Source of the DNA: a virus
Lineage: Duplodnaviria; Heunggongvirae; Uroviricota; Caudoviricetes
DNA: 39,211 nt
IMG/VR virus record: IMGVR_UViG_2778261139_000004
Coordinates: 1-39,211 of that record
Strand: one strand, 5' to 3'
A program made the translations under genes and the position numbers. The notes beneath the pieces were generated by a model, which had not been told where the DNA came from, ran no database searches, and worked only from the letters and a program-made list of their open reading frames with translations. Below are positions 1-9,601 of this stretch, piece after piece (the first letter of the stretch is position 1; each line of letters begins with the position of its first letter).

Positions 1-1053
1 TTACGGGGTAATGCCAACCGCTGCCGCCACTTTGTCGCCATTTGGCAGCGTTGCCAGAGGATTGAAACGGAGCGCCGTTTCCAGATGATCCGGTGCCAGA
101 TGTGCGTAACGCATAGTCATTTTTATATCGTGGTGTCCGAGAATTTTTTGTAAGGCCAGAATGTTTCCACCCGACATCATGAAGTGCGCCGCAAACGTAT
201 GGCGCAGAACGTGTGTGAGTTGACCGCGAGGGAGCACGATAGACGTTTTTTCCATCACGGATAAAAATTGAAAATAGCAGTCTGTGAAGAAATTGAACCC
301 ATCAAGCGCCATAATCTCTTCGTAAAGCTCTTTACTGATAGGGATACTTCTGTTTTTCTTCCCCTTCGTTCTTACAAAGGTAATTCGGTATTTGGTCACC
401 TGTGAACGAGTAAGATTTACGGCTTCTCGCCAGCGTGCGCCTGTGCTTAAGCATATCTTAACTACCAGTGCCAGAATTGGGTCCTGACGTTTGCAATCAG
501 CCAGTAATTCAACAATCTGCTCATGGGTAAGCCATGCCATCTCTTTTTCTGAGATGGTGAATTTTCGCATGTTCTCCAGTGGGTTCGGATACGACCATTC
601 GCCCAGACGGGATAGTTCGCTAAAAACACTACTTAGATAGCTTTGCTCCAGGTTAATGGTGACCGGGCTTGCTCCTTTCTTCCATTTCTCGCTGAAGTAG
701 ATCTCGCCTGTCAGGCGTTTATCTCGATAGTGGGCAAACATTTTAGAGGTGAGATCGGTTGCAAGGGGATTGCCCAGAGCGTCAACCATCAACAGCAATT
801 TGTCATAGACATGCTGCCCAGCGGTTAGAGATTTACCATGTAGTTTGAACCATAGCTCAACCACGTCTTTCAGTGTTCGACGATCCACTGATTCTCCCAG
901 CCAGGGCTTTGCTTCGGTTTCTTCCATCGTATGGCGCTCAAAAGCCAGAGCTTCGCCTTTGGTGGCGAATTGTTTACGCACACGACGCCCACTACGTCCG
1001 GCGGGGTAACATTCGCAAAGCCATTTTCCTGTGGTGAGTTTTCGTACTGCCAT
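1..1053 (-). CDS. int: Phage integrase, tyrosine recombinase (P2/186 family)
   Basis: Long minus-strand ORF with the C-terminal tyrosine-recombinase signature (LRHTFA ... HHDIKMTMRYAHL, catalytic Tyr). Sits at the prophage left end next to the repressor. Preferred start is ATG at 1053 (MAVRK); the ORF-track start at 1068 lies inside a hairpin. Confidence 0.9.
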   Translation of the reverse strand: MAVRKLTTGKWLCECYPAGRSGRRVRKQFATKGEALAFERHTMEETEAKPWLGESVDRRTLKDVVELWFKLHGKSLTAGQHVYDKLLLMVDALGNPLATDLTSKMFAHYRDKRLTGEIYFSEKWKKGASPVTINLEQSYLSSVFSELSRLGEWSYPNPLENMRKFTISEKEMAWLTHEQIVELLADCKRQDPILALVVKICLSTGARWREAVNLTRSQVTKYRITFVRTKGKKNRSIPISKELYEEIMALDGFNFFTDCYFQFLSVMEKTSIVLPRGQLTHVLRHTFAAHFMMSGGNILALQKILGHHDIKMTMRYAHLAPDHLETALRFNPLATLPNGDKVAAAVGITP

Positions 1054-1078
1054 AAAAAATGCCCTCATGTCAGAGGGC
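1054..1078 (-). terminator. Putative intrinsic terminator directly upstream of the int start codon
   Basis: On the minus strand, GCCCTC-N6-GAGGGC (1061-1078) is followed by a T-tract (complement of the A-run at 1054-1060). It lies after the stop of the cargo membrane-protein gene. Confidence 0.4.
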
Positions 1079-1134
1079 TAAATTTAACTGTATGTTTGAC
1101 CAGTGGTCAATGTATGGTTTGTGAAATCCATACA

Positions 1135-1665
1135 TTACCTTAATTTATCAAGCTCTCGTTTATTTCTTTTATCATGTATATCATTAAGAAATAATATATT
1201 ACTAGCAATGATACTAAATAACGCTATTATTTGTAGATATACTAATAACGCTGTGATAAAAAATCCAAACTTGCAGAACACGTGCTTATGCAAGGAAATG
1301 AAATCCAGATTTGAAAATATAGGTTTCGTTAAATTTATTATAACAATAGAAAATATTACAATAGCTGAAATTATAATGGTTTTCACTATCAGCGTAATTC
1401 GCTCAATATCTTTTTCTGTTTCCTTATGATAGTTTATACTAGTTATTGTTGATGGCTTTACAATTGAACTTACAGCTGCAGGGTAAATATATGCAAGCCA
1501 AATACCTGCAATAGTGAAGATCATTGCAGAAATGTTTTGCAAGGTAGATAAAATATCTTTTATATCTGCATACGTATATTTGTCTCCGAACAAATAAGCA
1601 ATAGCTATAATTGTTAGGAGAAAACATATGTGCAAAATTTTAGGTTTTATAATCATACTATGCAC
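1135..1665 (-). CDS. Small polytopic membrane protein, about four predicted TM helices, function unknown (cargo)
   Basis: 176-aa ORF with four long hydrophobic segments (ILHICFLLTIIAIAYLF, ISAMIFTIAGIWLAYIY, ITLIVKTIIISAIVIFSIVIINL, FFITALLVYLQIIALFSIIASNILFL). AT-rich. Overlaps the upstream gene by 8 nt, suggesting translational coupling. Confidence 0.6.
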   Translation of the reverse strand: MHSMIIKPKILHICFLLTIIAIAYLFGDKYTYADIKDILSTLQNISAMIFTIAGIWLAYIYPAAVSSIVKPSTITSINYHKETEKDIERITLIVKTIIISAIVIFSIVIINLTKPIFSNLDFISLHKHVFCKFGFFITALLVYLQIIALFSIIASNILFLNDIHDKRNKRELDKLR

Positions 1666-2860
1666 CTATTTTATGAATCTGCACTGCTGTATCATTATCA
1701 GCTTCTGGTTGTTCTATTATATCTTCATTTTTAAAACAATTCACCAAATCATTTCTATGAGCTTTTACTACACTCATTAAATATGAAGAAGAGTAATGTT
1801 TGTTTCTGTTAGAAAGGTCAACGTGAATTTCATGGCGATAAACATATTCATCTAACCAAGTAGTTGAACCATTTTTTCCATTTATTTTGAATCCGATGCG
1901 TGCGTGATCATTCCCTACATTCTCATTGTTGTTTTCTGTATCTTCTGAAATAGGATTGTGGTTTTCTATATATTCATCGATGAGTTTAGTGAACTCTTCA
2001 GGCGTAGGCGTTCCTTCGACTAATAATTCAACGCGATGTTTTTTTGATAAAATAGGAGAGCTTCTTGAGAAAACATCTCCAACTGCATCAAATAACTTCT
2101 GCCATTTTTCCCGTGTATCAGGTATGTTTGTTTCTATTACGTCATGGTAAACAATGTGAGTGATTTTTTTACACAGTTCTTCTATGTTTGCTCCACTCGT
2201 GATCATCCTTGTTTGTTTAGTCTGTACTTTAAAAACTAAACTTTCATCATCACCTTGAGAAAAAAGAACACGTTTGTAATGAACGTCTTCAGGTGAGTCA
2301 TTACGAGGACGAGTCATATCTATGACTTTTTTATTAGGATGCTCCATCCTAAAGTCAACGTATGCTTTAATATAATGACAGAAAAGATCTGTATCCGTAT
2401 TAGAACTTGGGAATCGTATGGATGCAATTTTGTTATATTCTGGAATTACCCAATAGTAGCAAGGTACGCCCCAGATATATTTACCGCCACCTTGAGTATC
2501 AGAGGCGGATACAACATTATCTGAAGTGCCGTCAATCTTACTTTCAGCATCTATACCTTGAATATTTCCAGAGTTATCACCAAGCGTTTTCCAGATAACA
2601 AATAGATAATCTCCTGTCGTACTGTCATATGAAATATTTTTACAGTATGCTTTTGTTCTTCTATTATTATCCTTTCCCCATGGAACAGATTGTTCAACTG
2701 TTCTTGAACAGATCCAGCTATGTAAGTTACACAGAACATGGGATAAGTTCTTTTCGACTAATTCCGGCGATTTACCTTGTCGTATTTTATAAAGGCCAAA
2801 CATTTCTAAATCAAAAAATGTTATAATGCCGCGTTCAGTTTTAAAGTTGGTTTTACTCAT
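1658..2860 (-). CDS. Hypothetical 400-aa soluble protein of unrecognised family (cargo, first gene of a two-gene operon)
   Basis: 400-codon ORF in AT-rich DNA between cI and int. No Walker A, HNH, nucleotidyltransferase or other motif I can recognise. Same strand as cI and int. Confidence 0.6.
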   Translation of the reverse strand: MSKTNFKTERGIITFFDLEMFGLYKIRQGKSPELVEKNLSHVLCNLHSWICSRTVEQSVPWGKDNNRRTKAYCKNISYDSTTGDYLFVIWKTLGDNSGNIQGIDAESKIDGTSDNVVSASDTQGGGKYIWGVPCYYWVIPEYNKIASIRFPSSNTDTDLFCHYIKAYVDFRMEHPNKKVIDMTRPRNDSPEDVHYKRVLFSQGDDESLVFKVQTKQTRMITSGANIEELCKKITHIVYHDVIETNIPDTREKWQKLFDAVGDVFSRSSPILSKKHRVELLVEGTPTPEEFTKLIDEYIENHNPISEDTENNNENVGNDHARIGFKINGKNGSTTWLDEYVYRHEIHVDLSNRNKHYSSSYLMSVVKAHRNDLVNCFKNEDIIEQPEADNDTAVQIHKIGA

Positions 2861-2940
2861 TGTTATTGCTTCTCTTCACCTTTTAAATCTTTCGCTTAAT
2901 ATAATCACTTCTATTAGAATGACATTTGTTGAATGTCACT

Positions 2941-3822
2941 TTAATTCGAAATGATTGTGCTTCTTATGCATGCAACTACCTCGATATCAGAAAATGCACA
3001 TTCAAAGTAAGTTTCTTTACTTCTGATATTTATCATACCTTTAGGTAGCCTAGTAATTTGTCTGACGGAATAGGTTCCATCAATATTAATTAACCAGTAT
3101 CCATCTAATACATCAGAAAATTTCTGATCACAGATGTATGTCACTAAACCATCCTGAACGACAATTGGTGCTGAAAGATTAGCGGGTAAAAATGACGAAT
3201 CGAAAATATATGAGCCACTCTCAACCATTTTGCCTGCATTGAGATGAAATTTAGGCAGTTCTTTTACCGATGTTGTGAGAGCATTGTGCTCGCTGCCTTG
3301 TCCAGTGGCTAGCCATAAAAGAGAATTTCCTGTTTCCAACGAACATTTTATGATCCAATCAGCCGGGAATGTGTCTCGCAAATATCTATTTGCCATAGTG
3401 CTTTTAGATACATTCAGATGGTCGGCAAGTTCTTGTCTTGTTTTAAAGCCATACGCTTTCATTAGCCTGTCTATTGCATCACGTCCGCCTGAGTCCAAAT
3501 TCAGATCGTTCCCAATTGGGGACTTCAGTGTGGTGGCTTGGGAAACGTGCTGAACCTTTGATGCAGTTGCCTTTGACATGACCGGAGCCTCAGTACTCTG
3601 AGGGAATGGTACGCCTTTTCCGAATGAGAGCCACTCGATAGATGCACCCGTTTCAATTGCACACTGAATTACCCAGTCAGCAGGAAATACGTCACGCATC
3701 CAGCGCGTGCCCATAGTGCTTGCAGATACGTTGAACTGTTCGCACAGAGCTTGCCTTGTCTTGAATCCATACGCTTCAAGCATGCGCGTTATGACTGCTT
3801 GTCCTCCGTTTTTGAAATTCAT
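2941..3822 (-). CDS. cI: CI-like immunity repressor (186 type) with a tandemly duplicated N-terminal DNA-binding domain
   Basis: 293-aa ORF divergent from the apl/cII operon. Two related segments occur in tandem (MLEAYGFKTRQALCEQFNVSASTMGTRWMRDVFPADWVIQCAIETGASIEWL and LMKAYGFKTRQELADHLNVSKSTMANRYLRDTFPADWIIKCSLETGNSLLWL), followed by one C-terminal domain. Confidence 0.75.
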   Translation of the reverse strand: MNFKNGGQAVITRMLEAYGFKTRQALCEQFNVSASTMGTRWMRDVFPADWVIQCAIETGASIEWLSFGKGVPFPQSTEAPVMSKATASKVQHVSQATTLKSPIGNDLNLDSGGRDAIDRLMKAYGFKTRQELADHLNVSKSTMANRYLRDTFPADWIIKCSLETGNSLLWLATGQGSEHNALTTSVKELPKFHLNAGKMVESGSYIFDSSFLPANLSAPIVVQDGLVTYICDQKFSDVLDGYWLINIDGTYSVRQITRLPKGMINIRSKETYFECAFSDIEVVACIRSTIISN

Positions 3823-3947
3823 TTATTACGCCTTTGAGTAATTTTTGGTTGACTCTTCTCAAGTGAAGAATTAGTGTGTGCGAAAGTGAACTGAACAGGA
3901 TTAATCACCAGTTACCACACATCTTGTTAAACGAGGAATCTTGCATC
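3823..3947. promoter_or_regulatory. Lysis/lysogeny switch region between divergent cI and apl (face-to-face pR/pL type)
   Basis: 125-bp intergenic region between divergent regulator genes. TTGACT at 3858-3863 followed 17 bp later by TAGTGT is a possible rightward promoter. Operator positions not resolved. Confidence 0.45.
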
Positions 3948-4169
3948 ATGGCTCCACATATTTCAATCACCTTAGCTGTCCCATCTGTTTCTATTGAGAA
4001 ATACAGTGAACTGACTGGGTTATCTATCGATACTATCAATGACATGCTGGCTGATGGACGCCTTATTCGCCATCGTCTCCGTAAAGATAAAAAGCGAGAA
4101 AAGGTAATGATCAATATCGCAGCAATGACCGTTGATGCGCTCTCTGAATGCAATTTGAGTATTAACTAG
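3948..4169 (+). CDS. Apl/Cox-like excisionase and transcriptional regulator (small HTH protein)
   Basis: First gene of the rightward early operon, divergent from cI. Small basic protein with an HTH-like segment (IEKYSELTGLSIDTINDMLADGRL). Start chosen at the internal ATG 3948; the ORF track extends to 3876. Confidence 0.55.
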   Translation: MAPHISITLAVPSVSIEKYSELTGLSIDTINDMLADGRLIRHRLRKDKKREKVMINIAAMTVDALSECNLSIN

Positions 4170-4201
4170 TTCCATTTTGGGATACATCAGGGGGGTCGAC
4201 T

Positions 4202-4711
4202 ATGTTTGATTACCAAGTTTCCAAACATCCACATTTTGACGAAGCCTGTCGTGCATTCGCACTGCGCCACAACCTGGTGCAACTGGCAGAACGTGCAGGC
4301 ATGAATGTACAGATTCTGCGGAACAAGCTGAACCCAGCTCAACCTCATTTATTAACCGCACCAGAAATCTGGTTGCTTACCGATCTGACTGAAGATTCAA
4401 CGCTGGTAGATGGCTTTCTGGCACAGATTCACTGCCTGCCATGTGTACCGATTAATGAGGTGGCAAAAGAGAAACTGCCGCATTACGTCATGAGTGCAAC
4501 CGCAGAGATCGGGCGTGTTGCTGCAGGTGCGGTATCTGGCGATGTAAAAACCAGTGCAGGCCGTCGTGATGCGATCAGCAGCATTAACTCTGTTACACGA
4601 CTGATGGCGCTGGCCGCTGTTTCATTGCAGGCCCGTTTACAGGCTAATCCTGCGATGGCGAGTGCAGTTGATACAGTGACTGGCCTCGGTGCTTCATTCG
4701 GTTTGCTGTGA
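4202..4711 (+). CDS. CII-like establishment regulator (186 CII position and size)
   Basis: 169-aa ORF immediately after the apl-like gene; matches the position and, from recall, the size of 186 CII. Confidence 0.5.
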   Translation: MFDYQVSKHPHFDEACRAFALRHNLVQLAERAGMNVQILRNKLNPAQPHLLTAPEIWLLTDLTEDSTLVDGFLAQIHCLPCVPINEVAKEKLPHYVMSATAEIGRVAAGAVSGDVKTSAGRRDAISSINSVTRLMALAAVSLQARLQANPAMASAVDTVTGLGASFGLL

Positions 4712-4718
4712 GGTGCTT

Positions 4719-4919
4719 ATGCTGACGAAAGAACCATCATTTGCATCGCTGCTGGTAAAACAAAGCCCGGCAATGCACTACGGTCACGGCTGGATCATGG
4801 GTGAGGATGGTAAACGCTGGCATCCGTGCCGTTCACAAGATGAATTGCTGGCAGAACTATCTACGAAAAAACGGGGGAACAAATGGCTATTGAAGGCGCT
4901 GCGGCGACTGTTCCATTAA
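4719..4919 (+). CDS. Hypothetical small early protein
   Basis: ATG at 4719 preceded by GAGGTG; the ORF track starts at a GTG at 4689. Confidence 0.4.
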   Translation: MLTKEPSFASLLVKQSPAMHYGHGWIMGEDGKRWHPCRSQDELLAELSTKKRGNKWLLKALRRLFH

Positions 4920-5224
4920 GCCCCGGTGAACGCCTGAATGGACTTAATCACATAGCGGAATTAAGGGCGAAAGTTTTTGGCCTGAATATTGAGTCAGAGC
5001 TTGAGCGGTTTATTAAAGATATGCGTGATCCACGGGATATCAATAATGAACAAAATAAACGGGCACTGGCTGCCATATTCTTTATGGCAAAAATTCCAGC
5101 TGAACGTCATAGCATCAGCATTAATGAGCTGACCACTGACGAAAAGCGGGAGCTGATTAAAGCAATGAATCATTTTCGTGCAGTGGTGAGCTTATTTCCC
5201 AGACGGCTAACCATGCCGAATTAA
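4883..5224 (+). CDS. Hypothetical early protein (113 aa)
   Basis: ORF in the early operon, preceded by GGGGGA. Confidence 0.5.
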   Translation: MAIEGAAATVPLSPGERLNGLNHIAELRAKVFGLNIESELERFIKDMRDPRDINNEQNKRALAAIFFMAKIPAERHSISINELTTDEKRELIKAMNHFRAVVSLFPRRLTMPN

Positions 5225-5291
5225 CCAATTACTGAAATTCATGGCGTAAACCCGCCGGGCATCCCTTTATCTAAATTCAGGAGAATTGATT

Positions 5292-5525
5292 ATGCGTAAT
5301 ATTGAAACCCTCTCGACTAAAACCGGACCGGATGACGCAGGGCTTAATATTTTACTGACAGAGGCTCGTCTGGAAGAACGCCGGGCAAGGGGTGAGGCAA
5401 TGGCTGCCCGCCTTGATAGCCTGGCGTGTCATATCACATCCCGCCAGCTAAACCACGTCGAAGCGGCAGAACTGCTGCGTGTGACTGCTGAAGCAATCCA
5501 GAACGAAGCGCAGGAGATCCACTAA
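5292..5525 (+). CDS. Hypothetical early protein
   Basis: ATG at 5292 preceded by AGGAG; the ORF track begins at a TTG at 5286. Confidence 0.5.
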   Translation: MRNIETLSTKTGPDDAGLNILLTEARLEERRARGEAMAARLDSLACHITSRQLNHVEAAELLRVTAEAIQNEAQEIH

Positions 5526-5752
5526 TGGCTGATGCAATGGATCTCGTACAGCAGCGCGTTGAAGAAGAACGTCAGCGCCATATCCGTGCTGCCCGTGCCA
5601 AAACACCGGGCGTGTCTCGCGTGCTTTGCATTGAATGTGAAGCGCCAATTCCGCCAGCAAGACGCCGCGTCATTCCGGGAGTGCAGCTTTGCATTACCTG
5701 CCAGGAAATCGCAGAGCTGAAAGGCAAACATTACAACGGAGGTGCTGTATGA
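5525..5752 (+). CDS. TraR/DksA-type C4 zinc-finger protein
   Basis: 75 aa with CIEC ... CITC cysteine pairs (C-x2-C ... C-x2-C); a typical P2-like early-region small zinc-finger protein. Confidence 0.6.
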   Translation: MADAMDLVQQRVEEERQRHIRAARAKTPGVSRVLCIECEAPIPPARRRVIPGVQLCITCQEIAELKGKHYNGGAV

Positions 5753-6606
5753 GCACCATCCTGAAATGGGCGGGTAATAAAACCGCCATTATGTCCGAAC
5801 TGAAAAAACATCTTCCTGCTGGCCCGCGACTGGTTGAACCTTTCGCGGGTTCTTGTGCTGTGATGATGGCGACGGATTACCCCAGCTATCTGGTTGCGGA
5901 TATTAATCCTGATTTAATCAACCTCTATAAAAAGGTTGCTGCTGATTGTGAGGCGTTTATATCTCGCGCCAGAGTTTTATTTGAGGAAGCAAACAGGGAA
6001 GTGGCTTATTACAACATAAGGCAGGAGTTTAATTACTCCACTGAAATTACTGATTTCATGAAAGCAGTATATTTCCTGTATCTCAATCGTCACGGTTACC
6101 GTGGGTTATGTCGCTATAACAAAAGCGGGTATTTCAACATTCCCTACGGTAATTATAAAAATCCGTATTTCCCTGAAAAAGAAATTCGCGCTTTTGCAGA
6201 AAAAGCCCAGCGAGCAACGTTTATCTGCGCCAGCTTTGATGAAACGCTGGCGATGTTGAAGGCGGGGGATGTGGTGTATTGCGATCCGCCTTATGACGGT
6301 ACGTTTTCCGGCTATCACGCTGACGGCTTTACTGAAGATGACCAGTATCACCTGGCATCCGTTCTTGAACATCGGTCATCAGAAGGACATCCGGTCATTG
6401 TTTCTAACAGTGACACATCCCTGATCCGTTCGCTGTATCGCAATTTTACTCACCACTATATCAAGGTAAAACGCAGCATCGGCGTAGCAGCTGGTGAGAG
6501 TAAATCAGCAACAGAAATCATTGCTGTTTCCGGGCCGCGCTGCTGGGTGGGATTTGATTATTCGCGTGGCGTGGATAGTTCTGCCGTGTACGGAGTACGT
6601 GCATGA
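5749..6606 (+). CDS. dam: DNA adenine methyltransferase (Dam-like, N6-adenine)
   Basis: N-terminal LKWAGNK and FAGS motifs and the catalytic DPPY motif (VYCDPPYDG). ATGA start/stop overlap with the upstream gene. Confidence 0.85.
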   Translation: MSTILKWAGNKTAIMSELKKHLPAGPRLVEPFAGSCAVMMATDYPSYLVADINPDLINLYKKVAADCEAFISRARVLFEEANREVAYYNIRQEFNYSTEITDFMKAVYFLYLNRHGYRGLCRYNKSGYFNIPYGNYKNPYFPEKEIRAFAEKAQRATFICASFDETLAMLKAGDVVYCDPPYDGTFSGYHADGFTEDDQYHLASVLEHRSSEGHPVIVSNSDTSLIRSLYRNFTHHYIKVKRSIGVAAGESKSATEIIAVSGPRCWVGFDYSRGVDSSAVYGVRA

Positions 6607-9017
6607 GCCATGCCGATATGAGCAACTGCTGCGGCTTTAAAGAGGCTGCCGCATCGTTCTCATGGAACAGCCCGAAAAAGGCCATTAACCCTTATCTGGA
6701 CCCGGCGGAAGTTGCGCCGGTTTCTGCGCTTTCAAACCTGATCACTCTGTACGCTGCCGATAACGAGCAGGAACAACTGCGCCGCGAGGCACTGAGTGAT
6801 CAGGTCTGGGAGCGTTATTTCTTTAATGAATCCCGTGATCCTGTCCAACGCGAAATAGAACAGGATAAGCTCATTAGCCGGGCAAAGTTGGCGCATGAGC
6901 AGCAGCGTTTTAACCCGGACATGGTCATTCTGGCAGACGTCAGCGTCCAGCCCTCCCATATCAGCAAGCCGCTGATGCAACGTATTGAATACTTCAGCAG
7001 CCTGGGCAGGCCAAAGGCTTATTCCCGCTATTTACGTGAGACGATTAAGCCATGTCTGGAACGACTGGAGCATGTACGCGACAGCCAGCTATCTGCATCT
7101 TTTCGTTTTATGGCAAGCCATGTAGGGCTGGACGGCCTGCTGATTCTGCCTGAAATGAGTCAGGATCAGGTGAAACGCCTGTCTACCCTTGTCGCTGCGC
7201 ATATGAGCATGTGCCTTGATGCAGCTTGTGGTGATTTGTATGCCACCGATGACGTTAAGCCAGAAGAAATCCGCAAGACATGGGAAAAGGTGGCAGCGGA
7301 AACCCTGCGTCTGGATGTCATCCCGCCTGCGTTTGAGCAACTCCGTCGGAAAAGAAACCGCCGTAAACCCGTGCCCTATGAACTCATTCCGGGTTCGCTG
7401 GCGCGTATGTTGTGCGCCGACTGGTGGTACCGGAAATTATGGAAAATGCGTTGCGAATGGCGGGAAGAGCAGTTGCGTGCTGTCTGCCTGGTCAGCAAAA
7501 AAGCATCTCCCTATGTCAGCTATGAAGCCGTGATGCATAAACGTGAGCAGCGCCGCAAGTCACTGGAGTTTTTCCGTTCTCATGAACTGGTGAACGAAGA
7601 GGGCGACACGCTGGATATGGAAGACGTGGTAAACGCCAGCAGCAGCAACCCGGCGCACCGCCGCAATGAGATGATGGCCTGTGTTAAAGGTCTGGAGCTT
7701 ATCGCGGAAATGCGCGGTGACTGCGCCGTTTTCTACACCATTACCTGTCCGTCACGTTTCCATTCCACGCTCAATAACGGCAGACCAAACCCAACCTGGA
7801 CAAATGCGACGGTAAGACAAAGCAGCGATTATCTGGTCGGCATGTTTGCTGCATTTCGTAAGGCGATGCACAAAGCCGGGTTGCGCTGGTATGGCGTGCG
7901 GGTGGCTGAGCCGCATCATGACGGTACAGTTCACTGGCACCTGTTGTGTTTCATGCGCAAAAAAGACCGCCGCGCCATTACTGCATTGTTGCGTAAGTTT
8001 GCCATCCGTGAAGACCGCGAGGAACTGGGTAATAACACTGGTCCACGCTTTAAATCTGAGCTGATAAACCCGCGCAAAGGAACGCCGACAAGCTACATCG
8101 CGAAATACATCAGTAAGAACATTGACGGGCGTGGTCTGGCTGGCGAGATCAGCAAGGAAACGGGTAAATCCCTGCGTGATAACGCTGAATACGTTAATGC
8201 CTGGGCGTCTCTGCATCGTGTTCAGCAATTCCGCTTCTTTGGCATTCCGGGGCGTCAGGCTTACCGTGAACTGCGATTGCTGGCTGGTCAGGCGGCAAGG
8301 CAACAGGGCGACAAAAAAGCAGGTGCGCCGGTACTGGATAACCCGCGCCTTGATGCCATCCTGGCTGCTGCTGATGCTGGTTGTTTTGCCACCTACATCA
8401 TGAAGCAGGGCGGCGTACTGGTTCCCCGCAAATATCACCTCATCAGAACCGCTTATGAAATTAACGAAGAGCCGACCGCCTATGGCGATCACGGCATTCG
8501 TATTTATGGCATCTGGTCACCCATTGCAGAGGGCAAGATCTGCACTCATGCCGTGAAGTGGAAAATGGTTCGTAAGGCCGTTGACGTTCAGGAGGCGGCA
8601 GCCGACCAGGGCGCTTGCGCCCCTTGGACTCGTGGCAATAACTGTCCCCTTGCTGAAAATTTGAACCAGCAGGAGAAAGATAAATCAGCTGATGGGGACA
8701 CCAGAACGGACATTACCCGCATGGATGACAAGGAGTTGCACGATTATCTGCACAGTATGAGCAAAAAAGAGCGCCGGGAACTGGCTGCAAGGTTACGCCT
8801 GGTTAAGCCGAAACGGCGTAAAGACTACAAACAGCGAATTACAGATCATCAGCGACAGCAGCTCGTCTATGAACTGAAGTCCAGAGGATTTGATGGCAGC
8901 GAGAAAGAGGTCGATTTACTCCTTCGCGGTGGCAGTATTCCGTCAGGAGCAGGCCTGCGTATCTTCTATCGGAACCAGCGTTTGCAGGAAGATGATAAGT
9001 GGCGGGATCTGTATTAA
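6603..9017 (+). CDS. A: Replication initiation endonuclease (P2 gpA family, rolling-circle initiator)
   Basis: 804-aa ORF containing the conserved YIAKYISK active-site tyrosine region; ATGA overlap with dam. Confidence 0.85.
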   Translation: MSHADMSNCCGFKEAAASFSWNSPKKAINPYLDPAEVAPVSALSNLITLYAADNEQEQLRREALSDQVWERYFFNESRDPVQREIEQDKLISRAKLAHEQQRFNPDMVILADVSVQPSHISKPLMQRIEYFSSLGRPKAYSRYLRETIKPCLERLEHVRDSQLSASFRFMASHVGLDGLLILPEMSQDQVKRLSTLVAAHMSMCLDAACGDLYATDDVKPEEIRKTWEKVAAETLRLDVIPPAFEQLRRKRNRRKPVPYELIPGSLARMLCADWWYRKLWKMRCEWREEQLRAVCLVSKKASPYVSYEAVMHKREQRRKSLEFFRSHELVNEEGDTLDMEDVVNASSSNPAHRRNEMMACVKGLELIAEMRGDCAVFYTITCPSRFHSTLNNGRPNPTWTNATVRQSSDYLVGMFAAFRKAMHKAGLRWYGVRVAEPHHDGTVHWHLLCFMRKKDRRAITALLRKFAIREDREELGNNTGPRFKSELINPRKGTPTSYIAKYISKNIDGRGLAGEISKETGKSLRDNAEYVNAWASLHRVQQFRFFGIPGRQAYRELRLLAGQAARQQGDKKAGAPVLDNPRLDAILAAADAGCFATYIMKQGGVLVPRKYHLIRTAYEINEEPTAYGDHGIRIYGIWSPIAEGKICTHAVKWKMVRKAVDVQEAAADQGACAPWTRGNNCPLAENLNQQEKDKSADGDTRTDITRMDDKELHDYLHSMSKKERRELAARLRLVKPKRRKDYKQRITDHQRQQLVYELKSRGFDGSEKEVDLLLRGGSIPSGAGLRIFYRNQRLQEDDKWRDLY

Positions 9018-9109
9018 TTATGCGGGTTAACAATTCGTGCTCTTAATAATACCAGGTATATCAGGCTGATGATCGTAAAAAAACGTTTTACATCAGTAAG
9101 ATTATTATA

Positions 9110-9129
9110 TACTGTAAATATAAACAGTG
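9110..9129. promoter_or_regulatory. LexA (SOS) box overlapping a putative -10 element
   Basis: TACTGTAAATATAAACAGTG has CTGT-N8-ACAG and matches the LexA consensus TACTGTATATATATACAGTA at 17 of 20 positions. A TATACT -10 candidate at 9108-9113 overlaps it. Confidence 0.6.
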
Positions 9130-9168
9130 GTTATGCATACAGTATTGCTTGGTGTCATAGGAGGAAAG

Positions 9169-9357
9169 ATGCAGGACTATTTTTTGGAGTCTTTGAAGCT
9201 CCAGCGCATTGATTTTTTTCTTAAGCTTGTAGCGGCTAGTGAGTGTAGTGATGAAGAGAAGGGGCTGGCTTTGCAGTGGGTTTCTGAACTAACAGATGAA
9301 CTCATGGCAAAAATCAGAACCCACGAATACAACCGCTCAATGGATGTCATCAGCTGA
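9169..9357 (+). CDS. Small hypothetical protein, possible N-terminal part of a Tum-like SOS antirepressor
   Basis: 62-aa ORF with AGGAGGA upstream of ATG 9169; directly downstream of the LexA box and upstream of the dinI-like gene. Confidence 0.45.
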   Translation: MQDYFLESLKLQRIDFFLKLVAASECSDEEKGLALQWVSELTDELMAKIRTHEYNRSMDVIS

Positions 9358-9367
9358 GGTGACTTTT

Positions 9368-9601
9368 ATGCGCATTGAAATAATGATCGATAAAGAGCAG
9401 AAGATTAGCCAGTCTACCCTGGACGCCCTTGAATCCGAGCTTTACCGCAATCTGCGCCCCCTGTATCCCAAAACGGTAATTCGTATCCGTAAAGGTAGCT
9501 CTAACGGTGTGGAACTGACTGGACTGCAACTGGACGAAGAAAGGAAGCAAGTGATGAAAATTATGCAGAAGGTGTGGGAAGACGACAGCTGGCTGCATTA
9601 A
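9368..9601 (+). CDS. dinI: DinI-like protein
   Basis: 77 aa, MRIEIMIDKEQ ... VWEDDSWLH; resembles the DinI family in length and pattern (MRIEV ... start, acidic C-terminus with W). Confidence 0.7.
   Translation: MRIEIMIDKEQKISQSTLDALESELYRNLRPLYPKTVIRIRKGSSNGVELTGLQLDEERKQVMKIMQKVWEDDSWLH

Noticed and set aside
5689-5748. N-terminal extension of the dam ORF in the ORF track
   Set aside because: The ATG at 5749 gives the conserved Dam N-terminus and an ATGA overlap with the upstream gene; the extension overlaps the zinc-finger gene.
7752-8492. 246-aa minus-strand ORF
   Set aside because: Antisense to replication gene A, which has the conserved active-site motif; shadow ORF.
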